Assembly (NCBI GenBank): GCA_051362555.1
Contig: CM120646.1
Location: 6,944,001 to 7,008,000 of the forward strand
From: Lingula anatina
Taxonomy: Eukaryota; Animalia; Brachiopoda
Length of the DNA stretch: 64,000 nucleotides
Direction of reading: 5' to 3'
Position numbers and translations under genes: made by a program. Position 1 is the stretch's first letter. Each line of letters starts with the position of its first letter. The notes beneath the pieces were generated by a model. The model was not told where the DNA came from and did not search any database. It saw nothing but the letters and a program-made list of their open reading frames with translations. Below, piece by piece: positions 14,482-27,200 of the stretch.

Positions 14482-16939
14482 TTATTTGCAATATTTAACA
14501 AAATTTACCTGCATAATTATCACTGCTTCCTTATTATTAATCTAGCAGAGAGCTTAACCTATAGGAGTTTACAGGGAAATATCAACAAGTGTGCTTTATG
14601 TAGCCTATCAATTAGGCAAATTACTTTACAACTGAAATTAGCGAAGTGATACCCAAGGGAAATTTATAGACTGACCCTCTCAAAGGTCTTTCAGGCCCAT
14701 AAGTCACAATTTAAGAAGAGCACAAAACAATAATGCACAAAATAGGAGACTACCACTTCTGATGCAATAATACATTATGTTTAACTGCACAGTCAACATC
14801 AAATTTTAATTTTGCACAACAGGTAACACCGACGAAAGTAAAAGCATAAGGCTTCAGGCCCATCAGAGTTCAAGTTTATACTTAGAAAGTGCCAGAATGA
14901 GAAAAATGAAATTTCACACAAAATTGCATTAAATTCAATAATAAATGATAACCCAATTGACCTGGCTTTCTAATTTGAACTGCATGCCAATCCAAAAAAT
15001 CATACTCTTAAGTTAAATATAATATATAATATAACACAGTTTTCTTTTCATAATGTTTGCAGTAGCAGTGCATAAAGATTATTGTCAATTTTGATGTAAC
15101 ATTACATAATAAATTATAGAATAATTATCACCAATTTTTGATTATTGACTATAAATAGCATGAACATGTAGAAAATTTGATTACCATCCGGCTTCATGTC
15201 CATGGGAGCTCCGAGTCCCACAATGAATATGCCAAAAAGATAATGAATATTTCACTAAAATGTATAACTTCCAGAAAAAGAAGCCCATTAGACTGCTTTT
15301 CCAACTCGGGATGCATTTTAGTCCTGTGTTTCTTTTTTGAAAGTTTGACAATCATAAGTAACATGGTTTTCCCATCATGGTCATCATGGCAGATGTGGAT
15401 GATTGAATCTGACAAACTGCAATGACATGAGTTTATTTCCGTTTTGGACACTTGATTACACAATACATGATAACAAGTTTACCATCATTTTTACATAATC
15501 AACTAACAATGTTGTAAAGATGCAGGAAATATCAAACAAACACTTTTAGTCATCTTATTAGTTCAATAATGAGACTGTTAACATGCCTAAAAATTGAATC
15601 TGAGGAAATTTGAAAAAACAGTACAACTTCTAAAATAATGGCCCGATAACGCTGATTTTTGAACTCAACCTGCATTTTTGTAAGATTGACCACTCCTGTG
15701 AGTATAATGACAATTGGCTAAGCTGTTTTTCTTATATTGTGTTATTAATGTTGCATATATGTTGAAAAAAGTGAAAAAACAGCATAAAGAATTAAAAGAA
15801 AATGTAAAATAAAACATAATAAAAAAATACCAATAAAGCTGCTATTCAAACTTTTAATCTAGCTGTACAATTACTAACATGATATGAATAACCCTATTGA
15901 GTTTGAGAATAATAAGGCACTGTTATTCATCTTTAGCATTAATGTAAGCGTTACACAAAATTTTTTTTGTAAACTTATTTTCCATATTAAATAACATTTA
16001 CCTGCATAATAATCATCGATTCCTAATTATGTGACACAGTTAAGAAAGCTAAACCGATGGGACTTTACAATGAAATCTCAATGTGTGTTTATGTAATCTC
16101 ATTTAATGCCCACTTGAAAATTAATTAAGCAAATTATTTTATAACCCTGAAATAACTTGAAAATCAATTAAGCAAATTATTTTATAACCCTGAATTAACT
16201 GCCTACTATCCATATACATTTATTGCACCAAATAGCACTGTACTGCATTGCTTTCAAAACAGAAAACAATTATGATGGTTTTCCAACACAAGCCGCACTT
16301 CAGTCTTTTCAGTAAGGTTGATTATCATAAGTAACATGGTTTTCCCTTAATCGCTATCCTGGCAGCAGTGTCCAAAATAGGGTTTTCTTTAACTTTCATG
16401 CAATGTAACATAATACTTAACAACATAATGACCATCAATTTTTTTATAAAAAAATAAAAGTATCATGGATATTCAGAAAATGTGATATGGAAAGGTCTCC
16501 AAGGACATGGAAGTTGGGGTCACACTTTCAAAATGCCAAAATGTTAACAAGAGATAACTGTACTGAAATGATTTTCTTTCCATTTTCAACACCTTTTTTT
16601 ACATAAAACCATAATCAATTAACTGTCATTTTTAAATGATCAACTAGGAAAATTGTTGACATAGGAAAAATATCAATAGAACAATTTATAATGTCCAATT
16701 AGCTCCATTTGGAGATTCTGAACATAGTGAATGATTGAATCTGACGAACTGCAATGATGAGTTCCTTTCCATTTTTGATACTTTATTACACAATGCACGA
16801 TAATAGGTTTACCGTCATTTTTATATAATCAACTAACAATATTGTTAAGAAGCAGAAAATGTTAAAACAACACTTTTACATATCCAATTAGTTCCATAAT
16901 GAGACTGTTAACATGCTTAAGAATTAAATCTGAAGAAAA

Positions 16940-19112
16940 ACCACTTATATACAAAAAGGCTTATAACTTCATCAAAACTTAACTGATCAAGCTTATTTTC
17001 AAACTTGATCTGTATACTGGTCAGATTGATCACTCCTGTGAGTTGCAAGACAAAAGGCTGATTGGTTTTCCTTAAAATGCGTTATCAGTGTTGCATGTAT
17101 GCTGAATAAAGGGAAAAAAACAGCATTACTTTTGTAAAAATAGTCCAATCATGACAATTTTCAAACTTGACCTGCGTATTATAAATATTCACCAGTTCTG
17201 TAAATTTCAATCCAAAAGGAAAAACATTTTTACACTTATCATGTTATCGGTGTTATAAAAGAGCTGAAAAAATTAAAAAAAAAAAAAAAAAAAAAAAACT
17301 GGATAACTTCCATAAAAATTGCTCGATCTTGCCGATTTTCAAACTTGACCTGCGTATTAGGAATATTCATTAGTTCTGTAAGTTTCAAGCCAAATGAAAA
17401 AACAGTTTTCCACTTATTGTGTTATCAGTGCTGCATATATGCTGAAAAAAGTGAAAAAACAGCATAAATTCCCTAACAATAATTGAATCATGCTGATTTT
17501 CAAACTTGACTTGCGTATTATGAATATTTATCAGTTCTGCAAGTTTCAAGCCAAAATGTAAATTGGTTTTCCACTTATGGTGTTATCGGTGCTGCATATA
17601 TGCTGAAAAAAGTGAAAAAAAACAGCATAAATTCCCGAAAATGACCCAATCATGCTGATTTTCGAACTTGACCTGTGTATTATGAATATTCATCAGTTTT
17701 GTAAGTTTCAAGTCAAAAGGTAAAATGTTTTTCCACTTATCGTGTTATCAGTGCTGCATATATGCTGAAAAAAGTGAAAAAACAGCATAAATTCCCTAAA
17801 AGTGACCCGATCATGCTGATTTTCGAACTTGACCTGCGTATTATGAATATTCATCAGTTCTGTAAGTTTCATACCAAAAGGTAAAATGGTTTTTCACTTA
17901 TCGTGTTATCGGTGCTGCATATATGCTAAACAAGACAGCACTGTTCTGAAATGGGTTTATTTCCATTTTTAACACTTTTTAAACATAAAACAAAATAAAC
18001 ATTTTACTGCCATTTTTATATGACCAACTAAGAAAATTGATGAGATGGGAAAAGTATCAATAGAACAGTGTTAAATGTCCAATTTCCTCCATTCTGAGAT
18101 TCTGAACATAGTGGATGATTGAATCTGACAAACTGCAATGATATGAATCTATTTCCATTTTTGACACTTTATTACACAATACATGATAACAAGTTTACCA
18201 TGTTTTTTACATAATTAACTAACAATGTTGTAAAGATGCAGGAAATATCAAACAAACACTTTTAGTCATCTTATTAGTTAAATAATGAGACTGTTAACAT
18301 GCCTAATAATTGAATCTGAGGAAATGTGAAAAAAACAATATAACTTCTAAAATAATGGCCCGATTATGCTGATTTTCGAACTCAACCTGCATTTTAGTAA
18401 GATTGAGCACTCCTGTGAGTACAATGACAATTGGCCAATCCGTTTTTCTTATATTGTGTTATCAGTGTTGCATTTATATTAAAAATAGTGAAAAAACAGC
18501 ATAAATTCCCTCAAAATGGCCCAATCATGCTGATTTTCGAACTTGACCTGCGTATTATGAATATTCATCAGTTCTGTAAGTTTCAAGTCAAAAGGTAAAA
18601 TGGTTTTCCACTTATCGTGTTATCGGTGCTGCATATATGCTGAAAAAAGTGAAAAAACAGCATAAATTCCCTAAAAGTGACCCGATCATGCTGATTTTCG
18701 AACTTGACCTGCGTATTATAAATATTCATCAGTTCTGTAAGTTTCAAGTCAAAAAGTAAAATGGTTTTCCACTTATCGTGTTATCGGTGTTGCATATATG
18801 CTGAAAAAAGTGAAAAAACAGCATAAATTCCCTAAAAGTGACCCGATCATGCTGATTTTCGAACTTGACCTGCGTATTATGAATATTCATCAGTTCTGTA
18901 AGTTTCAAGTCAAAAGGTAAAATGGTTTTCCACTTATCGTGTTATCGGTGCTGCATATATGCTGAAAAAAGTGAAAAAACAGCATAAATTCCCTAAAAGT
19001 GACCCGATCATGCTGATTTTCGAACTTGGCCTGCGTATTATGAATATTCATCAGTTCTGCAAGTTTCAAGTCAAAAGGTAAAATGGTTTTCCAATTATCG
19101 TGTTATCGGTAA
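16940..19112 (+). repeat. 161-bp satellite-like tandem arrays (about 6 units at 16940-17930 and about 5 at 18320-19112)
   Basis: TTTTCGAACTTG recurs at 18534, 18695, 18856 and 19017 (period 161), with more diverged units at 16996, 17158, 17336, 17497, 17659 and 17820. Confidence 0.95.
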
Positions 19113-19120
19113 AAGTGCAT

Positions 19121-19165
<45 letters not shown>

Positions 19166-19195
19166 AGACGCAGATGATGGCTATATGGTACCAGG

Positions 19196-19586
19196 GAGCA
19201 ATGGTTTCATCTGATCGTATAACCGATACCAGGGAATTGTCTTAAACTATTTACTTTTGATTTTATCATCTTTTTCGTTAAATCAGCCCATATTTTAATG
19301 GGTTATTCACTTCAAAAGGCGATAACTTTCAAACAAACAATTTCCTCTTAAACCCCTGACATCATGCTGTAGTCCACATTCCTAACAACAATAGGTGCAA
19401 CTTTTGTAACGATCGGTTGCTCAGATAGTGAGATATACTTGGCAGCGATTCACTTATCTCGTCAATATAGAAAGCTGTTAAAACAGCCAAAAACGTTCAC
19501 AGGTTGCTTAACAGAGCTTATTAGTCAAATGCTTAGCTGGCAAATTTACCTGTTATCGGTTATACGATCAGATGAAACCATTGCTC
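19196..19586. mobile_element. MITE with ~38-bp TIR (GAGCAATGGTTTCATCTGATCGTATAACCGATA...), no TSD
   Basis: Near-perfect inverted repeats at 19196-19233 and ~19549-19586. The flanks do not match each other. Confidence 0.85.
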
Positions 19587-20489
19587 ATTGTCATCTAAAA
19601 ATATTTTGTTTAGGTGCTTTGAAAGGGCAGAAAATCGTGCTTTTGTTACATCTTCCGACCACTCGTTAGGCTTGTAAGCGTGCCGCCATTTTGATTGATA
19701 GCTCTGGAGAGGGCCCTAGCCTAGTGATGCCCAGTAGGGTGTCAAGGATATGTAGAAGGAAGCGCTAACAAAGGCGATTACGTTTAACCGCAATTAAGAG
19801 GTGTGAAGTTGCCTTTGAACGTTTCAATGGGAATCCCTCGGCAATCGAGTAATTTTACCTGAGAGATTCCTTTACTGTTATCGGCAAAGTGATCAGATAA
19901 AACTGGGTGACAGTAGTAGTTTTTAACTAATTATCCTGGTAACTGTGAACTCGGGGGTGGAGGGGGGGATATTAATTTTTTCAAGAAGTCTTTCTGTGAT
20001 TTTTATTTTGGGTACATTTTGAACTCTTTCTTCCCGCTTGATCTGTGATTTTGACATTGTTTTTCTCCAAACATCGCAAAATGCAAGTTTTACTTTCATT
20101 GTTATTTTTTTAATCATACTGTCAACCTTTGGATTTCTCTCGTTTGGCCATTCACATCAAATTTTGGGTGTCTCTAAAGCTCCTTGATTTCATTTATTGG
20201 AGAATAAAATGATATTTTGTCAACCTTAGTTTTGACCTTCTACAAACGGCGTCCAACAATCATTTCCAGTTTCTTAACGTGTCGCAGATACGCTCGCCGA
20301 TATATATCGCCAAAATTAAGAGCTAGGCTAAAAGTATCGTTTCTAGGGTTTTTTTTCTTTTAGTAATAATTTTTCCTACAAATACATTTCTCAATTAATT
20401 TAGACGATTCGATTTACTCTTTCACCCATTTATTAGGTATTCATAAAGAAAAAAGAAAGACGAATAATATTAAACATTTCATGATGCTT

Positions 20490-21133
20490 TTATTTGAGCT
20501 GTACATGCGCCAATGGCTGTAACTGTCTTTCGACCAACACAACGTCGCCGCCACACACACGACAAACACACGACTTGTAGGCACTTTCTAACAACTGTCC
20601 ACTGTGCCAAAGCATGTACCCAGTAGCTACTGTTTCTTCCTCACGATCACTGTCAGAAGACTCCGAGGGCTGTTCAAAGTCCTTCAAAATCTTACGAGCG
20701 CTCACTCCAGGTAGATTCTCTCTCTCGGCATCCGACTGAACAAATACCGTTTTTCCTCCATCCGCCCACATACTCTCAAAAGTATCTTTCTTTCCTCTGG
20801 AAATTGACTTTTAACGCGAACTTTTCTCTTCCCCATAGCGTACTCGACTTCTTCACTGTTTAGCTGATGTAAGACTGATGACCTACCACCGCACACGTAA
20901 TCGGCTAATAACTCATTAACTATGCTCCGCCCCCCTCATGGCAACCGCACTTAGCAACAGAGTTGTCAGCCTGACTGGGGCGCGTGCCAGTTGAAAAACT
21001 CATCAAAAGACAAATTTTGCGGTGCAAATTCAAAATAATTATTTCATTCAACGTTAGATACTTTTTTGATAAATAGAAACACACAAAAAACTCAAAAACA
21101 TGATTTTAAGCGTAGTTAACCCTATCAGTCACC
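20490..21133 (-). mobile_element. Truncated Kolobok-like DNA transposon end with a frameshifted transposase N-terminus (ATG 20836)
   Basis: Ends ...CTATCAGTCACC|TTAA at a TTAA that is uninterrupted in copies 1 and 3. The minus-strand peptide MGKRKVR...SARKIL...GYMLW...CVCRVCGG resembles the CxxC-containing N-terminus of Kolobok/Mutator-like transposases (recognised from memory, not searched). Confidence 0.6.
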
Positions 21134-22474
21134 TTAAGTATGCCAAATTTAAACAGCATCCTTTACTGAGCAAAAATAGGGAAAGTTTCATTCCTTGTCT
21201 AAGCGGGGTTCTGTGCCATTTAGTACCATTGGCCTTTTTTTGAACTTTTTCTGTCGACTGGCAGTGCGTCGACACTGTCAGAGCAGATTATTACGCAGGG
21301 CAAGGTCTTCCAGATGAGTATTGTTATAAATCTTACTTAACATAATCATTTTGGTTTTGTGTTGTTAATATAACTTGTATCATTTGATCTGTCCGTAAAC
21401 GTAGCTATTGAAATTTTGTTTTAAATCTGGGGGGAGGAGGGGGAGTATGGGAGCGATTTCAATAAAAAAAAAACAAGGCAGCAAAGCTGTCAAATGTACA
21501 GACAAAAAGCAGGAAATAACAAAATAGGCTACTGTCAATTCTGATGCAAAAGCACATTCAACATTCAACATTCAGCATTAAACTGCAAATTCAACATCAA
21601 ATTTTAATTATGCTCAACAGGTAATACCAATGTAAGTAAAATGTGTAACACGCATAAGGCCTCAGGCCCATGGAAGTTCAAGTTCACACTTTGAAAATGT
21701 ATAACTTCCAGAAAAAGAAGTCAATTAGACTGCTTTTCCAACTCCGGCTGCATTTTAGTCCTGCATTTCTTTTTTGAAAGTTTGGCAATCATAAGTAACG
21801 TGGTTTTCCCATAATGGTCATCATGACAGCAGCACCCAAAATTGTGTTTTCTTCTATTCTGATGCAATATTAAATACTGTTCAACAGTATAATGACCATC
21901 AATTCTTAATAATAAAACATTAGTATCATGGGTATTCAGAAAATGTGACTAGCAAAATGTAAACAAGACAGCACTGTTCTGATATGTTTTTTTTTTCATT
22001 TTTAACAATTTTTAACATAAAACAAAATTAACAGTTTACTGCCATTTTTATATGATTAACTAAAAAAATTAATGAGATGGGAAAAATATCAATAGAGCAG
22101 TGTTTTAAAATTTCCATTCTGAGATTCTGAACATAGTGAATGATTGAATCTGACAAACTGCAATGATATGAGTTTATTTCCATTTTTGAAACTTTATTAC
22201 ACAATACACGATAACAACTTTACCATCATTTTTACAAAATCAACTAATAATGTTGTAAAGATACAGGAAATGTCAAACAAACACCTTTACGTATCTTATT
22301 AATTAAATAATGAAACTGTTAACATAAGAATTTAGAGCAGCATCGTCAGATAAGATTAACCTATCAATTCAAATTATATAATATTATGAATGTATCACGT
22401 ATGTATGTTTTTATCACAGTATCATGCCAGGCGATAAAATATCTCTCGTCTTTAACAAAGAATACAAACAGTAA

Positions 22475-22505
<31 letters not shown>

Positions 22506-23288
22506 AATTATCCATATAAAATGGACCTCACTTGATGGTATCGACATATCGCGTACATGGCTACAGTCTATCACTATGGCAGGAAAGTTATGAGCGTCAG
22601 GCGCAGTTGTTATCTATGATTTTAGATATTGCCTTAAATTAAAGGTGTCCACCCCTTATATTACATTAATACTGTAATGTATTTATGTAAAGAAAAAATA
22701 CCAAGAATTCCTAAATGAAAAACAAAACTTTAAAAAAAATACAATTAGACATATGAAGGACTAATCGGAGTCAGCAGTGTCTAATATCTAATGAAGAGCC
22801 TTTATTAGACCCATAAAACAGATAACTTTATCAGGGCGTATTACTTTGGTGCACACAACAAATTTACAGCACGGTAATTGTGTGTGTTTTTGATGTAATG
22901 CCAACAGGGATCAAACAGATATCATTAAGTTTGACTGCCTTATCAGCACTGCAATATTCGTTTAGCTTTATACATGTATATCTGTATTTCCCAGGTCACT
23001 TCAGTGTTGGATTAATCGCATATTTGGTCCCGCCATAACAACTAATACAAGTCAATGTTTGAGGAGTAAACATTAGACCATGTCACGTGACGAGGCACGG
23101 TAATTGTATGTGTTTTTAATGTAATGCCAACAGGAATCAAACAGATATCATTGAGTTTGACTGCCTTATCAGCACTGCAATATTCGTTTAGCTTCATACA
23201 TGTATATCTGTATTTCCCAGGTCACTTCAGTGTTAGATTAGTCGCAAATCTGGTCCCGCCATAACAACTAATACAAGTCAATGTTTAA

Positions 23289-23669
23289 AGGTACATACGA
23301 ACCGAGCATCGATGGAGTGTTGATTCCCAGTAACACATGTAAACCACTTCTACTAGATTCTTATATGACTCAAATAAATTCGACATGCCAAGGGATAAAC
23401 TGAATAGATCATTCGATCGGCCATAAAAGACCTTTAGACTCCTCCTTTCTTAAATTTATTGTTGTAAATTCAACCTACTTCCGTGACCTACTTTCCTGCC
23501 CCATTGACATACAGCTTAAAATGCCAGCAGAAAAATATGTTCAAACATCACTTCGGGGTAAAATTAAACAATGTCTTTTGGTAATTCTCTTAGTTATACC
23601 ACTTGAAACTACAGTATATGCTGGCATTTGGTTGGTTTTTGTGACAAAAAACTGACTTTGTATGCATCT
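23289..23669. mobile_element. Kolobok-type non-autonomous element (TTAA TSD) in the 5' UTR of copy 3
   Basis: TTAA|AGGTACATAC ... GTATGCATCT|TTAA, ending 21 bp upstream of the ATG. Absent from copies 1 and 2. Confidence 0.85.
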
Positions 23670-23690
23670 TTAAGGAGTGAACATCAGACC

Positions 23691-24206
23691 ATGTCACGTG
23701 ACGAGGCTACGAAGTACGGGACATTTGATGAGGAAGACCAAGGTTTGGATATGGAAAAGGGATCGGAAGCAGCAGACGAGAAGACCGCAAACAGCCAGAC
23801 GATTCTATGCCAGTGCAACGACGAAGATGGCGTAAAAAAGGAACAGCGACAAGGCAGATCCCCGCGCCTGAAGAAGAGACTTCTGTTGACGGAGTTCATT
23901 AGTTTTATTGCTATAGTATTACCTATTGTTTTGACAATTTGGAGATACGGAGAGTTAGCAGGTTACCCAAGCTACATTCCGTCTTTGCCACATCAACATA
24001 TTCAATACTGGGGAATATCGGTCGCCATTCTCGTTCTGGGAAGTGCTGTGATATACTTTCCAATAAAATGGCTGACCTTCAAATTTGCTTTCTTCCACGC
24101 CGCAAGAGTAGACCGAGGATGGTAAGGCAGATTACAATGTAATATCGTCGCGTGGTTGTTTTGTTTTCTTCCTATTCTTCTTCTTCTTTTCACTCCCTTC
24201 ATCTTC

Positions 24207-24241
<35 letters not shown>

Positions 24242-27200
24242 GTGTGTGTGTGTGTGTGTGTGTTACCCTGGGAGAAACTAGTGTGCAAAGGGCTCCTGCA
24301 TAATATTACAGTTAGCTGGGTTAGTGTTGGGGTCAGGCTAAGATCTAATAAACGGCTAAGATCTAATAAACGGAAAGATTGGACAGCGGCATTTTCCTTT
24401 TGACCACACGTTCGTACGGGAAAACATTGCTCTATTGTTCCCCATAAGTTGTTTTGATAGCCGGGTTATTTTTAATCCCCATTGTACCAAACCTTTGTTT
24501 AGCGAATAGCGTGATTTCTCGTGCATTCTCGAGGACGCCACATCGTCGTCAAGTAGATCCGCCATATTGGATTAGCACTGGCACACATGGAGGTTTTTTA
24601 TTAAAAAGTGCTAAAGATGTAGTTTGTTTATATTTCGTAGTTGTCTTAATACTTAATATTCAGAAGAGGCAATACCCAATAGCGCACTACCTGTAACAAC
24701 AGCTGCCATTTTATAGAAATTGACTCAACGTGGAGATATAGCCGGAAACGTGACGAGATTATCAACGTAACTGATAGTGATATTCGTTGCTGTTTTGGAC
24801 AATAAGGCCATGCTAACCTACTGGGAGAAACTGACTGGTGAAGCTACACCAAAACAGAAACTTGATCTATTATGCATGTTTGTAAAACTTTGTCACTATC
24901 AGCGGTCCTTTAGAGCATACTTGATTGAAATTTACCAGAATACTCATAGCAAATCAGTGAAACAAAAATGACTGAAAAAATCCTTAAAGAAAAAGTAGTT
25001 TTTAATTTCACTTTCACAAACACTTATTTGGGTACTTACTTCATAATAATAGTGAAAGGTAAGACATATCTTTATATTGACAATCTAATAAAAGTTAACT
25101 CGTTTTTATTTCATATTTATAAAGAACACATGCAATATAGTTTCCTTGCGACTTCATAATCATGCACATATTTTTAAACTCTGCAAAATCAGTTTTGAAA
25201 CATCAGTCTTTTGATGGAATGCCTAACATGCTGGGCGAGGTGGCAGTGAATTGGGAGGCATTCCAGACAGGCCTACCAATGTGTGTGCCCCAAACATAAT
25301 TCAAGTCATGTTCTATTCATAAGCATTTTATTATAGATTTAATAAGGCACAGAAATTGAAATGCAAATAAAAATGTTAACACCTATAGATACCACTGACT
25401 GTGACACAATCACAACAGATAGGTAATTTATTTAGGAGTACTAGTTTCATTTTCCCCCTATTTTGACTTGTTTCAGTATTAATATCTCATTCAATAAAAA
25501 TTATGCACTTGGTGATAATATTTATCTATTGCTAAGAGCACTACTGACCAGTTCCAACCCAGACTTGACAGTACACTAAACTTCAGAGTTTACAGAAGGG
25601 AGACAATTTATAGTGATATGTTTGTTTTTCATGAAGAACAACATATGGCTAGTTTCAAGGTGGTCCATTTGCTGAAATATCAATGTGCCTGTCAGGTTCT
25701 TGAGTAGCACCCAGTTAACTTGACAGAGGTACGTCGTCATCAGAATCACTTCCATTGCAACATATATCTGAAAAAATAATATCACACAGTTAAAAAGATG
25801 CTGACATGTGTTAATTGCTCATGTTATGTTAAAGTCCGCTGTGCAGACAACACTGACCTAGCTCTTTGTGCACTTGTAAAACTATTAAGCAAAAATTAAA
25901 CATTTAATTTCGGGCGCACCTTACCATTGTGTTGTGAATCATTTGCTAATTTAATACATCAGTGTGTCTTTCTGATTGTTGACAATCACTTATCAAACTT
26001 GACAGTGGTGCAACTAAATCATCTGCAACACTTGTATTATTATACATTCATCTGAGATAATAAAATAATATTTTACTGTTAAAAAGGTTCTGACATCTGC
26101 TAGTCTCTTATTATTTGTCATTTGTGTAAGTCCACTGTGGTGAGAGCACCTACATGTAGCCTTTGTATTCTATACTGGTAATAATGTTGTTGGTGCAGTG
26201 GAAATATTTAAATGAGCATGACATACAAGGGACAGAATAATAGTGCCCATGTATATAAAACATTTTACTTTCAACTCCATAAACTAAAGTTCTAGTTATA
26301 GACCAGAGAGCTTACCGATTTTTGCTGCCAGATTTTTCTATTTTTTTTCTCCTGTGAGCCTTTACCCACTTTAATGGCATCTGAAAATAAAGCAAAATAA
26401 TAATTATAAGGATGTGAGACACATTTTACTGAATTGTTTTACTTAGGTATAAATCACGGATAAAAATACCATCGTTTGTAGCCCATTGATAACGATAGTC
26501 GCCGCCATCTTGTTTTATTGTCATTTTTACCAATGAATATTTCTAAGAAACTACTTTCATTTTATCTAAGTTTATCTCTAAGGCCTTCCACTACTTGTTT
26601 AGATGGACACAGTTTAACTGTCAACGCAAAGTACAGGTCCACTTTCGTGTTCGGCTTTGCTTTTGAAGACCCTCGATAACGATAGTCGCCGCCATCTTGC
26701 TTTATCGTCATCTTTACCGATAAATATTTCTCATAAAACAAGCTAAATTTTAACTAAATTTATCCCTAAGACCTTCCACTACTTGTTTAGATGGACACAG
26801 TTTAACTAACAACGCAAAGTACAGGTCCAATTTCGTGTTTGGCTTTGCATTTGAAGCCCCTCGATAACGATAGTCCCCGCCATCTTGTTTTATCGTCATC
26901 TTTACCGATAAATATTTCTACGAAAACAAGCTAAATCTTAACTAAGTTTATCCCTAGGGCCGTCCACTACTTGTTTAGATGGACATAGTAAAACTGTCAA
27001 CGCATTGTACAGATCCACTTTCATGTTCGGCTTTGCATTTGAACCCCGGCGATTATGATCTGCACCGCCATCTTGCTTTATTGCCGAATTATTGTTTAAA
27101 TTTTCAAAGAAAACGAAGGTGTTTTAAATTAAATTATCAACCAATAAAACCAACGTGTTATTCAGTCATCAATAATATAAAATCCAACGTATAAAAAATC

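Larger units (their letters stand above)
13666..19190 (+). mobile_element. Helentron-associated (HINE/pearl-type) composite element with internal satellite arrays, 3'-truncated
   Basis: Inserted in an A-run and starts AACAAG followed by the hairpin GGCAGC-AAA-GCTGTC. Carries 161-bp tandem arrays followed by a (GGCGAC/GAC)n microsatellite (19121-19170), the layout known for molluscan HINE/pearl elements. Confidence 0.65.

Noticed and set aside
16940-19112. CRISPR-like array
   Set aside because: Contiguous 161-bp units without unique spacers, eukaryotic context, no cas genes
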